From positions 2,170,001 to 2,234,000 of the forward strand of contig NW_026781915.1 of NCBI RefSeq assembly GCF_031769215.1: a stretch of 64,000 nt of DNA, written 5' to 3'. A model generated the notes under the pieces. That model was not told the origin of the DNA. It ran no database searches and saw only the letters and a list, made by a program, of their open reading frames with translations. Positions 42,601-55,346 of the stretch are shown piece after piece (position 1 is the first letter of the stretch; every line of letters starts with the position of its first letter). Origin of the DNA: Ylistrum balloti. Its lineage: Eukaryota. Position numbers and translations under genes: made by a program.

Positions 42601-45600
42601 TGTAACAATAACGCTACCCTTGGCGTGATAGTCACGGTTCATTGGACACGGAATTTGCTGCCGATATAAAACCAGTCAGTTTATACGATTTACCAAGCCG
42701 TACCATTTAACGTGTATATCTTTTCCTAAAGAGGCTATTTTATTTTATTGAAATAATTACATTTGAACTTAACATAAAACTGTTTTTTTTTAATATTAGA
42801 ACCATATGCTTATTTACCATGATATAAGCCCTTATCAATGTTTCGTATTTTAATGTGTGTAAGTATTGATCAGTTCCACCTGAATTATTTCTATATAACT
42901 TCCGGTGATTTAGGTGTATTAAGTTATACGTAGGGTTTTAAAGATAACTTGTTTAAACTGACTGATCACGTTTCAGTTCCACGAATTTCCTCTGTTTTTC
43001 ATAGAATTCCCCTAACGCCCATTTTCTGTTTCTGATCATTAGGACATCAATACGTATATATATATATATATATGCATATATTTCTGTGTACGTTATTGTA
43101 ATTCGGACATTTTTTCCGGTATGACATTGTTTGTTACCATACCTTAAGTTACGACAAGTTTTGACAATAATTCTATGAATAACCAAGTAAAATCTACACA
43201 CCTGATGATTTAATGGTTTATCCGTCAAACATTGTGCTTCTTGCCCTAGAATGGCCGTATGTGAAGTGTACCATTGTCGAATCATTATGCAGAATATTTT
43301 TGAAAATGAACATATTTGTATTCCCATTTTAATGACCGGCGATTTGTATTCACAGGTGCATATTGTTTTCTTGTTTACTAGTACTTGTTGAATGAAAACC
43401 AATCTGAAGAATTCATTCTTTTTATTGACCGATTGATTTTCCACCTTATACAACATGTTTGTCCTGTTATTGCCATTTAGACCGGTCAGCACCTTTGTCT
43501 GATAGGTTGCTTGCAGAGTTTGGATATCTGAACAATTGCTATACATGATTAGGTAAATGGCCAAATGCCTTGGATGTATGGTTGGCGAGGATTTAGGTTG
43601 CTGGTTTCCAAGGAAGTTCTATTAATCCGTGTATCTTCACCGAGCTGTGCCTATTGTCCTCTCTCTTATCATACTATTGATCACCGTAAATAATCTCTGC
43701 AATATGTTAATAAGTATTGATTAGTTTGATATTATTTCTAAGGCCTTAAGGTTTCTGGACAATCTTGTGTCATACCGCCCTCCAAAAGCCACGTTTTCAG
43801 TGCCATAAAAATTCCTATATTGACTTTAGAAATATTGTGTTACATAGGAGCTAATCCTGTATTTAACCTTGGCAATGTCTGATACGGTAAGTAAGACACA
43901 ATACTTCGTTAGATATCCGAATAGGATATATTATATCTAGCCATACTGATACCAGCAAAAACATGTGATTTGAACGTTATAGAAACATGTATGGCACATT
44001 TACGTGTTATTGACTGTTGCAGTTGAATTTTTTAATTATGTTATAATTAGTAGAACATGTCAAAATAGGTATTACTCATAACAAGTTACTATTCAGTTTA
44101 ACGCATTTAAATATTTACTGAAGATATGGTCTAAAGAACTCTTTCATTTCTAACCTGTTTCTCGGTTATCTGTGACATTTTTATTACTTAAATGTCTTCT
44201 CATGCGGGAGAATGATATTACAAAACTACACACCAAATCATTTGATTAATAGTGTATAGAAAGATAATTTTATGCTTTAAATATTTCGCCAATCAATGAC
44301 GAGATCGTACACTTGACTGAAGTTTTTTTATCCTTATCATTGGTAACTGTCAGCTGTGTAAGGAGAACAAGCTAAAACGGAGGTAATAAAAAAAATATGA
44401 TATCTTCATGAAATTTAGAATGAAATATTTATGGTATGCTTAAAAAGTATAAATAACATAATATTGAAATATATGACTGTTGTTTATCTTAAGTATGTAA
44501 AACAAGATATTAAATATACACTACACTCACATATATCAAATTAACTACTTCTTTATATACATTGTATATTCAACAGACAAATTATAAATAGTGATATTGA
44601 ATAAATGTCAAAATATAGATCCTGTTTGTTTGATTTATGAGATTGGCCATTTAAATCAGTTTAAAATTACTCTCGTTGAGACATTGGTCCATACAAATAT
44701 GAGATTTAATGGAAAACTTATGTTTCGAATATCGACCTGTGCTCATGGTAATGCAAAGCTTTTCAAAAAAATCATTATTCGTCGACTATGGCGTCGGCAT
44801 TACAGATTCATTTAACACACACTATCGATACAGAGAGATATGTAACTATCTCCCTAGAGCATGATAGGTGACAGGATGGGCGATAAACAAGAGACGACTA
44901 CTCCTACCGGGGAAACTGAGGTACTCTATGTATATGTAAAATAAACAACATTCTTTTTAACTATTATGTTGTACATGTATAAACATACATTGTTTTGTGA
45001 ATATCAATGCTGATTTTGCTTCTGATGTTCCTTACGTCCTTTCTGAATATCACGTCATACATGATATATCTAGTTATTAGAGTATACTGAGTTGTCCAAA
45101 ATCATATTTCAGACTTTCATCCAACGGCATATATCAGAATTGGGAAATTTTTGCAAAGTTAGTTATAACATGTGTAGCAGATTTATTTAAGACATTCTGT
45201 TATAAAGTTTAAGTAAATGATACATTCTGATTTGTTTCCCTGATCGGGGACCGCTGATTTTTCGTTTTGTATCGTTTTTTCTTATATTGATGTCTGGTGT
45301 TATTACGCCAATGTGTTTTCGTTGTATTACCGATACCTTTGACTGTCATTATGAAATGATTTTATCGTATTACCATAGTTACCTGTCTTTCCGACGACCA
45401 GATTTCAATTTTGAGTCAGTATAATAATTAGTCTTGATACTTTTATTTTGTCCTTGAGCATTTTGGTTCTTAACATTATCTAAAACTTAATCCAGTTATG
45501 ATCCAGTTTACTCTTACCGTTAAGCACACCAGGATTCAGTCATTTTATCTTTTCTTGTTGATTTTTGACTTCAGATAAAATTAGGTCTTTTTAGTTAAAT

Positions 45601-48600
45601 ATCATTCTGAATATACTATATATCTAAAACATCTATTGCTAAACTAATAAAAATTTGCCGTTTCACTGTGGTATCTTTATAATTCTTTAAGATTATTGAG
45701 TATTTACCTGGAACACTTTAGTTATGGTGGTAACTCCTGCGTGTTATGTTTGAAATATAACAAATACTGTAGAATATACACAGGTGCTGGATTCTCCTTT
45801 GGAACTGCTCAATGACACACTTTTACCAAATTTATAAATGTATGAAGTAAGTTCACATATTCTGACGGGTTTCGTTTTGCTAACTGACTTTCTAGAATTC
45901 TTTTGGTTATTGGCATAATTGATGATTCTTCGAAGACAAAAAACTGTATTACGTACGTATGTGTCACAAATATACGTATAAATTACTTAAGTCGTTTTGG
46001 ATGTGTGTTTTGTTTAGTTCATTGTGTATTGACTGATACTTTATCGTTTGTGTTGACTTGTCTTCCTTTCGGTTGATGTTGTCTTTAATTAATGCTCCTT
46101 CGACGTCTTCTGTCAATGTGTTATGATCTTCCGACTTCTGTCGTTATGTAATGTCCTTTTGGCTTATTCTGTCCTTGAATAATGTTTCTTCGGCTTATTC
46201 GGTCTTTGTGTAATGTCCTTCTGACTTATTCTGTTATTTCGCAATGTTTCTGCGACTTACTCTGTCCTTTTGTAATGATCTTCTTACTTTGTTTAGTAAT
46301 GTTGCCTCGACTGTTTTTTTATTGTTGTTTAATGTTCTTTCGACTTATTCTTTTTTGTAACGTTTTTTCATGACTGTTTTTATCATTGTGAAATGTTTTT
46401 TCTTCTTACTTTGCCTTTGCGTTATGTTCATTAGACTAATTTGGTCTTTGTGTGTCGCTGCTATCTGTGAAGACGTCATGCTATATTTCTCTCTATATGT
46501 TGACGATATAACACATTTTGTATATGAACTGAATACGTAGTTTCTGTTTATGGCGTTTATTCGAAGCTATATTATTCTATATTATTTCATATTATTTTAT
46601 GGGTTGATGCGAAGGTTTATTTTTCTGTGTTGGTGTGAAGAAACTCTAGTCGGTACGTGCTAATGTTCATAGAGATTTTCTTTGTTGATGAAAATGTGGG
46701 TTTCCTCGCTTTGCGTTGATTTGTGATTTTTGGTTTGTATATGTTGAAGCTTATGTTGGTTCTGTCTGTATTTGTTGATGCTGAAGCTGATGTAGAATTT
46801 TTCAGTAGGTTTTGTTGCTGATGTAGGTCTTGTCAGTAGGTGTTGGTGCTGTTGTAGGTGTTGTCAGTAGATGTTGATGCTGATGTAGGTGTTGTCAGTA
46901 GGTGTTGATGCTGTTGTAGGTGTTGTCAGTAGATGTTGATGCTGATGAAGATTTGTCAGTAGATGTTGATGCTGTTATAGGTGTTGTCAGTAGGTGTTGA
47001 TGCTGTTGAAGGTTTTGTCAGTAGATATTGGTGCTGATGCAGGATTTGGTAGTAGGTGTTGATGCTGTGTAGGTTTTGTCAGAAGGTGTCGAGGCTGATA
47101 TAGGTTTTGTCAGTAGATGTTGATGCTGATGAAGGTTTGTCAGATGTAGAGGCTGATGTAAGTTTTGTCAGTAGGGTTGATGCTGATGAAGGTTTTGTCA
47201 GATGTTGAGGCTGATATAAGTTTTGTAAGTAGGGTTGATGCTGATGCAGGTTTTGTCAGATGTTGATGCTGTGTAGGTTTTTTCAGTAAGTGTCGAGGCT
47301 GATGTAGGTTTTGTCAGTAGGGTTGATGCTGATGAAGGTTTTGTCAGATGTTGATGCTGATGTAGGTTTTGCCAGTAGATGTTGATGCTGATGTTGTCTA
47401 TGAGTATTTATGTATGTAAGTAAGACCAAGATAAAGTGAAACTAAAGTTTCGCGAATATTACAAATTAGACAGTATACCATATTTAGAGAAAGACTTAGA
47501 TTATTATTAATTGACTCGCGTGTGTCGTTTGTACAATCTATGGACTAAGTGGATAACATATCTTTGAAAACTCGTGTTAAATTCCGATCTCAACGTGATC
47601 ACATGGTTAATCTCACCATAACGCTACTTAACGTGTGGCGAAAGGATGATACGTTTTGTTGGAGATTTGTTTTGGTTACATTGTCCGCTGGTATGTAGGG
47701 ATACTAGTACTTGTCAGCGATTGCTTATCTTAACCTCAAATGTATTGATTGAGCATTTATTAACCTGCCAGTGTTGGAGATGACAGCTTAACAAATCGAT
47801 AGCCGTATCTCCCAAGCACATGCCCCGACAAACTTTCGATCAACCCCACGTGATAACGTGAAGGCCGTTTGGTCTAATGGCGACCAGGTATTATTCCGTG
47901 AAGCAAACCGTATTGACTTCAAACGACACTAAAATTGACCACAATTTAAACTCCAAAGAGAATCTTCCATTTGTTCTCATACGGTACGCATACGGTAGGA
48001 TTCAGACGTCACATGATTGTGAGTTAAAAGGGCCCAAAGTTTGCACAAACTTTCTAGATTGTGTACAGCTGTAAGTAAACGGCATTAATCTAACGGCCAC
48101 TGATGCATTCAGATAAAGTACTCGATGGAAGTGAAGATTGTTATGGATTATTCGTATAAAACAAAAGATGACTTCTAATATCTAGATTAAGATAAAAACT
48201 TCTTCAATAAAAGGATTAGATCCTTGTTAAACACTTCAGGAGACATCTCCCCCTGTGGTGTAATTTTACTGGTGCTTGTTAGAGTCGATATCAACACTTG
48301 TGTGTTGTTCAGCGCCATATCAGCACATTAATAATTGGCTTAACCAGAATGACTCAGGTAAATCTATATATCACTCAGAACTACACAAGCAGATCATTTA
48401 TAAACAATTTCCTGGTGGGATTGTGTTAAACATTTAAGATTAAGTGTTTGTTTAGATTCCATTCATCAAGCACATAAATGTACATAGCAATGTGCTAAAG
48501 ACCTAGGATTTAAGGATCTTTTCTGTTACGTCATGAGTAAAACCCACGATTTTATATGGCCGGAAAAGACACCTGTCATTGTTTGCCTTTTTTAACTACT

Positions 48601-51600
48601 TAGTTATGCTTAGGGCAGACTAAATATAGGGGACAATTACCTTCTCGTTCTCATTTTTGTTTCTTTTTTCTCTAAATTTCATTGTCGACTATACTTTTAC
48701 GGGACGATATACACTAGTTGAATTACCGATTTCCTATTAAAAGAGAGGTATAAAAAATCCGTTTATATTTTTGTTCAATTTCGCCAAAAAGGTTTTGTGG
48801 GTATGGCTTTCTTCATTAAGGGTTAAATGATTTTAATTTCACCTTGTTTGTTGACAAATCAGTCATTTGACAAAAATAAATTTGAAATGTTTTGTTCGAC
48901 TGTATGCCATTTAAATCTTGATGCCATTTTATATACTGTTAAAAGACGATGTACAGGAATAATCCAAAACCATATTGTTATAATATTCATCTCACCAGTA
49001 TTTTCAAATATTGGGAAACCAGGATATTGAAATGCATAAAATTTAGGTATTCGAATCACGATGATTCCATCGTCTTTACTGTTTATTAAAATTGTTCAAA
49101 GATTTTATTACGAATATTTTGTGATATTGAAATTTTTTGTATCCATATATATGCTGCTTCACGTTAGTTTATCTGTACACTGACCTGACCAGATAACAAC
49201 ACTGGACCATTTTCATACGGTCTTGGGTGTAATTGCACATTCTATATTCCCTTAGCGGCACCAAAAATAGTATTTACGTAACTGCACTTTTCTTCGTTGA
49301 CAAATACTTATCGAACGAATAAAACAAGTATCCAAATACAATGTATTCCTAACCAAAATTCTTTCATAGATGAAGTTGTTATTTCATATCTAATCGAATT
49401 GTAACAACAAGAATAGTGAACATCCATGTATATATTCATTTATGATTTTCATGATGGGTAATTTCTTGACAATTAATACATGCGTTCGATTTTAGGGGTC
49501 AAGGACAGCAGCCGCTGGTAAAGATGATGATCACACAAAGAAAACTAAGTTACCTCCCCCTTTGCCATCCACGAAGACCAAGGATGAGTTGTACTTGATT
49601 GAGGATTATAGTTATGTCGAGGACTTCGTGCTTAATGTAGGTGCAGATTTCTGATTGCTTATCAAATAACTTTTTTTTAACCTTTGTTTTGATTTCATTA
49701 ACATATTTCCATTTCCCATATCAACACATCTTTAGTTGTTTTTCCTGTTTTGTTGATATTAGAAAAAAATCTCCTCTCGAAAACCGGATCAGAACAATGT
49801 TTCGGAAAATTCAAATATTATTTATCAATGAAGTCAATGAATGACTTGAGTCTTGAAGCTGATGAACTGTGAAACACGTGGTTCTTTGCAGGCACCAACT
49901 AGTTTGCTGATTGGCACATTCAAGGAGCTCATCAAATACCTTACATCTAATGAGAAATGGGACGATGTCGCCAAAGCCAGAGCAATCTTTCGATGGGTGA
50001 CGTCAATAAATGTGTTTGAGCTTGTGGTAGAGGATGAACCTCCGGTACATTCTCCACTCGAATACTTTCTCAAGATCCAGAATAATCTGGGAAACCATGC
50101 TCATCTTGTTTCCGGTCTCTGTCAGTAAGTATAAAATGAAAGTGGTGTTGTAAGTTTTACAGCGCCAACTAGCATACAATGACACAAGAACAAACTTTAC
50201 CCTGTCCTGCGAACAGTACTGTATCACACATACAATTCGTGCGTAAAGGGATGGTAACGGCCCGGAATGTTCCGGACGTGACATATATGTGTGATGTTTA
50301 CAGGTGTATCATATTTATGTGTGCAGAGTAAAGAGAAAACATTTCGACAAATTAAACAGTACTGATATGGAAACTTTGCTTCCTGAACACATCATAATTT
50401 CTACGTACAGTTATAAATTTCATATAAAAAACAAAATTGTTAAAACCCAAAGTATGTTTGGAAATCCACAGACTTACCACATTACCTGCTAATACATTTA
50501 AATATGTAGAAAATTTAGAAATAAGGTATGTTCAAATCGACATTAAGTTTGCTAATACCTATTTTTTTGACAGAATGGCGGGAATTCCTTGTGTGATAAT
50601 AAGTGGCATGAACAAAAGCGCGGCTTTTGAAGTCGGCGGAAAAGTAGATCGAAAAAGCATGGGGGCTCAGTGGAATGCTGTCTTTGTAAAAGGGGAATGG
50701 CGATTCATAGATGCCTTCTGGGCCTCTGCTTGTGTAGTAGGCAAGAAGTCTGGGGAATGGACGCTGATAGACTCGGATGGAAACATAACTCAGGACGAAG
50801 ATCAGACGTCGGATGGGGAAACACAACACCGTATCAACGAATTTTACTTCTTACCCAACCCAGACCAGTTCATATGGACACATTTTCCGGATGAATCGCA
50901 GTGGCAGTTGTTGGAAAAACAAGTTACGCTGAAGGAATTTGAATCTCATGTGTACATTAGAGAACGGTTCTACTATCTTGGAATGTCTTTCAGCAAAGAG
51001 AGTGAGCAGCAGTGCTTACTAACTGCAAATGATGGGGCTGTTGTATTATCATTCAATTTACCCTTCCGTGATAGCGAGCACTTCCGGTACAAGTATATGT
51101 TGTACCAAGCCAGATCAGGCGGTGGTGACCAGAATTCGGATATGGTGTTGGACAGATTTGTAATGTATGAACATACAGCCGAAAATCTTCGATTTGCATT
51201 ACGTTTTCCGATGAAAGGAAAGTTCAAAATGGACATTTTCGGACTGGATGTTCGTGACTCAGACATTTTTGACCTAACGTGTACATATGTGATCAATTGT
51301 TCAACTCCACAAAAGAACTGCCAACCTCTTCCTGACTGCCCCGCAATTGGTTGGGGTCCAGGAGCTGACGCAAAGAAGGCGGGACTGACAGCAAAGACTC
51401 ACGAAGGTGCCGTGATCACAACGGAAGACGGCGTAGTGGATATCAAATTGGGATCGCACAAAGATGTACAGTTACACCAGCTCCTTAAAAACACAGTGGT
51501 TGACGAGGCAACGTTAAGTAAGTATGCTCTGGTTCGAGAAGAGAATGGCGAATTCATAGTCAGCGTTCGTCTACCACAGACAGGCGAGTATGCTATGAAA

Positions 51601-54283
51601 CTATACTGTAGTGACGAAGGCGAGGAAGGTGACGCGGAAAACGTCCTTAATTATCTCATACAAAGTCTAAGCAATGACATTAATAATAAACCTTTTCCAA
51701 ACGTCATTGACGGAAGACTGGGGAAGAAACCATTGGCAGACATTATGGGGGTGAAGGCGATGAGTCATACTGACTCCAAGATTGATTCAAAAGATGGAAA
51801 GTTGAAAATGAATTTTATTGCCAAGAACAATTTGGATCTTCTATGTGAGCTCCATACAATTGACACTGAAGCAGCGAAACATATGAGCATGGTTGTACGG
51901 GAAGTAAATGGCAAATGGACGTTTGACTGCGACTTACCGGTCGCTGGGGAGTATTCTATAAATGTGTTCGCCAGAGTGAAGAATGGAGGGCCGAGGGTAT
52001 ACAATACTCACAGCTATCTGATAACATCTGTCGGACATATAGCAGGCCAGGAAAAAGGAGACGACTCTAAGAGTGTGTCGAGTGACACCGAAGAGAACAA
52101 AATCATCACGGAGACAGTTCAAACATCAGATAGCGAGGTCCTGATACCTATTCCCCATGGGTACGACGAGGTCTTGGCATCGTATCAACGACGGCATGCA
52201 AATGACCTTCCAAACGAAGACGAACTCAAGGTTGTAAAACAGGACTTGATGAAGTTCTTCAGTGCGAAAATGTTCGAATACGGCGAGTACTTACTAGATC
52301 TATACCAAAGAGAATCTGGTAGTAGAATTATCAGACATATAGCTAAGTATCAGGTGGACAGGAAACCGGCTTCAGAGTTGTTTGAAGACAACGCAAAACT
52401 GCTAATGTCTAATCTTGGTATGGTACCAGAAGAGGACACAGCCTCGTATGGCGAAACAGACGAGGAAAAAAACAGACGGACAGCCAAGAAGATGATACAA
52501 AGAGCTATGGAATTAAAGGATATCGAGTTGTTATCACGTGGTCTATTCGCATATGAATCTACAGAGCCTCCGGACATGGACAAGGACCCCTTCATCAGAA
52601 AGGCCAAGAGACTACTGGAACTTTTGCAAGCCAAACAGGGTGAGATTTGTTTCTTCATCTTTCCAACCGCACCACATGTACGCACATACACTCACAAACA
52701 CACATCTACTCTTACACACAGACACATACATACCTTGCTGTCTATGCCTATCTATTTTTTACATAATTGTCAGCATGTTTTGGAAACTGATAAATTTTGG
52801 ATATATGAAAGACTGTCCCGTATCATTGCTGGTATGTTCCTGTTTTAAAACATATGAAAGTCGAGTAGTACAGTATACATCGTCATCGTCTTTGCTACAC
52901 TATTGCCTGCAATATATTTGTTTTACTTTTTAGAACTGAACAGTGCCTCGTCCAAGAGGGATCTTAAAGCTCTCGAAAGTGCTATAGAACGTGCCAAGGA
53001 AGCAAATTATGACCATCTGCTCGACCTCCAAATTGCAATGGCTTCACGTCTTAAGGATCAGTTATTAAGAATAGAAAAACTACGCCACTCGGTGCTTAAT
53101 ATGGACCAGAAAGCTGTCTCTGAGATCAGAACGTATGCCAATCCTCCAGACGGTGTACATCAGTCCCTCATGGCGACATTCTTACTGCTCGGGCATCCTA
53201 GGAAAGACGTGAAAGTCAGTATCAAAAATAAAACTTCAATTAAACAAAAAAAAAAAAAAAATGACATGTACCTACCTCCCTACTCGACTACATGGTCTTA
53301 TTTATATTGTACTGTCAGGTGTCTTCATGAAAATCTTTCTTTTGTTTATATTTTGTCCTTGTTTCATCGAACTTTTAATTAAGATACTTTTGACATGTGG
53401 GTGTATTTATTTGTTGTTTCTATAAAATCTTTGAGTCTCTATATTCATAAGCAGATGGTTGTTACGTCTAATTTAAATGCTAATTTACATACCCGGAACG
53501 ACAACCGGCGCGGATCACACAACATTTTGTTTAAATAACAACATATAACGTGATTTGTTTTATATTTAACCATTTACAAATTTTGTTGAATTATTGCAAA
53601 GAAGATAAATTTTAAGTTTGATGCGTACATAACATAGGCTTGTTCTGCATATAACAGATCTGGAAGAATTGCCAGGCGATCCTGGGTAAAACCGGCAAGG
53701 AGTCGGTGATGAGGAAGATATCGCAGTTTGATCCAAAGGACTGTTTTCTTGATGTGGCTCTTGCAGCACGAAAAGTCTTAGAACCTTACACTTTGGAGGT
53801 AATTCGTGACGTCAGCGCTGGAGCTGCCACTTTTTATGTATGGGTAAGTGTTAATCTATCTATCAGTCTTTGAGAAACTTCGTGTGTATTTACATGGTAA
53901 AAACAATAATACAATACCATTAATATGAAAAGCATGGTTTACGATACATAAGCGTTCGAGATATAAATGATTACATGTATACGTAAATTAGCTTCATATA
54001 TTTTTCAAAATAAATTTAAAACTGTACAATAGAACCCAAATTGCAATATATTAAAGTACATTGCAAATCATGGCTTTAAATGAAATGAAATAAGTCCAAT
54101 GAGTGCTTTACGACAAGAGTAGGTTTCAATGGGGGTAATAAGGATTTCATCTACTGGATGTTGTAATTTCAGTCGAAAGGAATGATTGATGTGGTCGAGA
54201 ACACGGGAGGGGCGCAGGCCAAGGATGGAATGGCTGGGGGCGGGTCAAAGAACACAAAGTCAGTAGCGAAAAAGAAGCGATAG
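39674..54283 (+). CDS. Hillarin/KY-like pseudo-transglutaminase protein with an N-myristoylation motif, four beta-rich repeats and a C-terminal dynein-type microtubule-binding domain (~1,060-1,080 aa)
   Basis: In-phase GT-AG exons: 39674-39805 (MGSGSSS...SAMP), 41010-41039, optional 44858-44920, 49496-49636, 49892-50124, 50574-52639, 52934-53214, 53658-53843, 54173-54283 (TAG). The TGc-like core is KARAIFRWVT...LCQMAGIPCVIISG...QWNAVFVKGEWRFIDAFWAS...NEFYFLPNPDQFIWTHFP. Exons from 49496 onward are high confidence; their link to the 39674 start exon is supported by the MGSSSS start of the paralog. Confidence 0.85.
41431..41448 (+). CDS. Candidate alternative terminal exon (PFTPP*), giving a 59-aa short isoform
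   Basis: Strong acceptor tctttttctccatttatttcag at 41430, in phase 0 with exon 41010-41039. Immediate TGA, with AATAAA at 41590 and 41752. Confidence 0.45.
   Translation, partial: PFTPP
46080..47395. repeat. Two adjacent degenerate ~30-bp minisatellites (atgttcttcgacttattctgtc...-like at ~46080-46440; gttgatgctgatgtaggttttgtcagtag-like at ~46740-47395)
   Basis: Read directly; intronic, with no ORF of 60 aa or more spanning the larger array. Confidence 0.85.
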
Positions 54284-55346
54284 AGTCATCAAAAGCCAGC
54301 ACAAGATCACGACGACTGAGCTAATATCCGGACTCACAAGACACGTGTTCACGACGTCTTGTATACCCCAGCTAGTATCAGTTAAGATAATTAAGGTTTC
54401 AGTACAGTAAACCATAATTTGGTCACTGATTTTTCATGTCTTTTATCTAGCAATTCGTTTTCAAAGCCATAAGATATCAGCTTGGGGTATGCAAACACTG
54501 GTTACTAAATAGAATTCACCCTGTATTTTATAGATTTGCATAGCATTCAACCTTTCTTTGACTTCTCCGAGTTGTTATTCGTATGCATTAAAATAGATAA
54601 TGAATGCAAGAGTTGATTCCATTGAGACTTCATATTAACTCGGAAGGGTCAGGAAGGGAAACATTGATACGTCATATATCCGGAGTATTGTTTTTGGTTC
54701 TATAACACTCCTCGATGAAATGGATGTAACATTGTTTTAGTAGTTATACCAATGAAACTTTGCACTGAGATGGTGTTGTATTTCATTGTTATTCATGTTT
54801 ATCACATGAGATGTAGATTTTCTGTTACCTTTTGTTAAGTAACACAAATATTATGTCCATCAAAATGTTGATATTTTTGTGTATTGTACCAGAATGCCGG
54901 AATACCTGCTGTTGCCCGTTGGGAAACTAAACTTACGTTATTGTTTATCTTGTAGAGTACGATTCTTTAATGAGCGACTCGGTTTAAAAAGGTAGAATGC
55001 AGACAAAGGAAAATATTAACGTTAGTTTGATCGAATATGACGTACCAATGTCGCTACCGTTACATATATAACTACACCACTGCAAACGTTGTATTTTCAC
55101 TCATCATAATTTCACAGTATTCTTGACTTAACAAAACAAGCACATTTTAAATTTCTAGCGTCAACACACTGACGTTACAAATTATATTGAAATAATCAGT
55201 TACCAGAGCATTCTACCTTAATAAACCGTTGTTGTTGATTAAGTTACACTAACAAATAGTTTGTCTCGCGAATTCTTTGATATCAGTTTGAAATTATTTA
55301 AATTTAATATTTTTACCTGTTATCGTTTTGTTATTGTACCAATCAA

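Noticed and set aside
42953-43564. 203-aa minus-strand ORF
   Set aside because: It has no recognisable domain, runs through a (TA)n microsatellite, has AT-rich non-coding composition, and is antisense within an intron.
50437-50573. N-terminus of the 803-aa ORF, and its C-terminal part 52640-52848
   Set aside because: These are intronic read-through; the true exon is 50574-52639, bounded by cag| and |gtgag.
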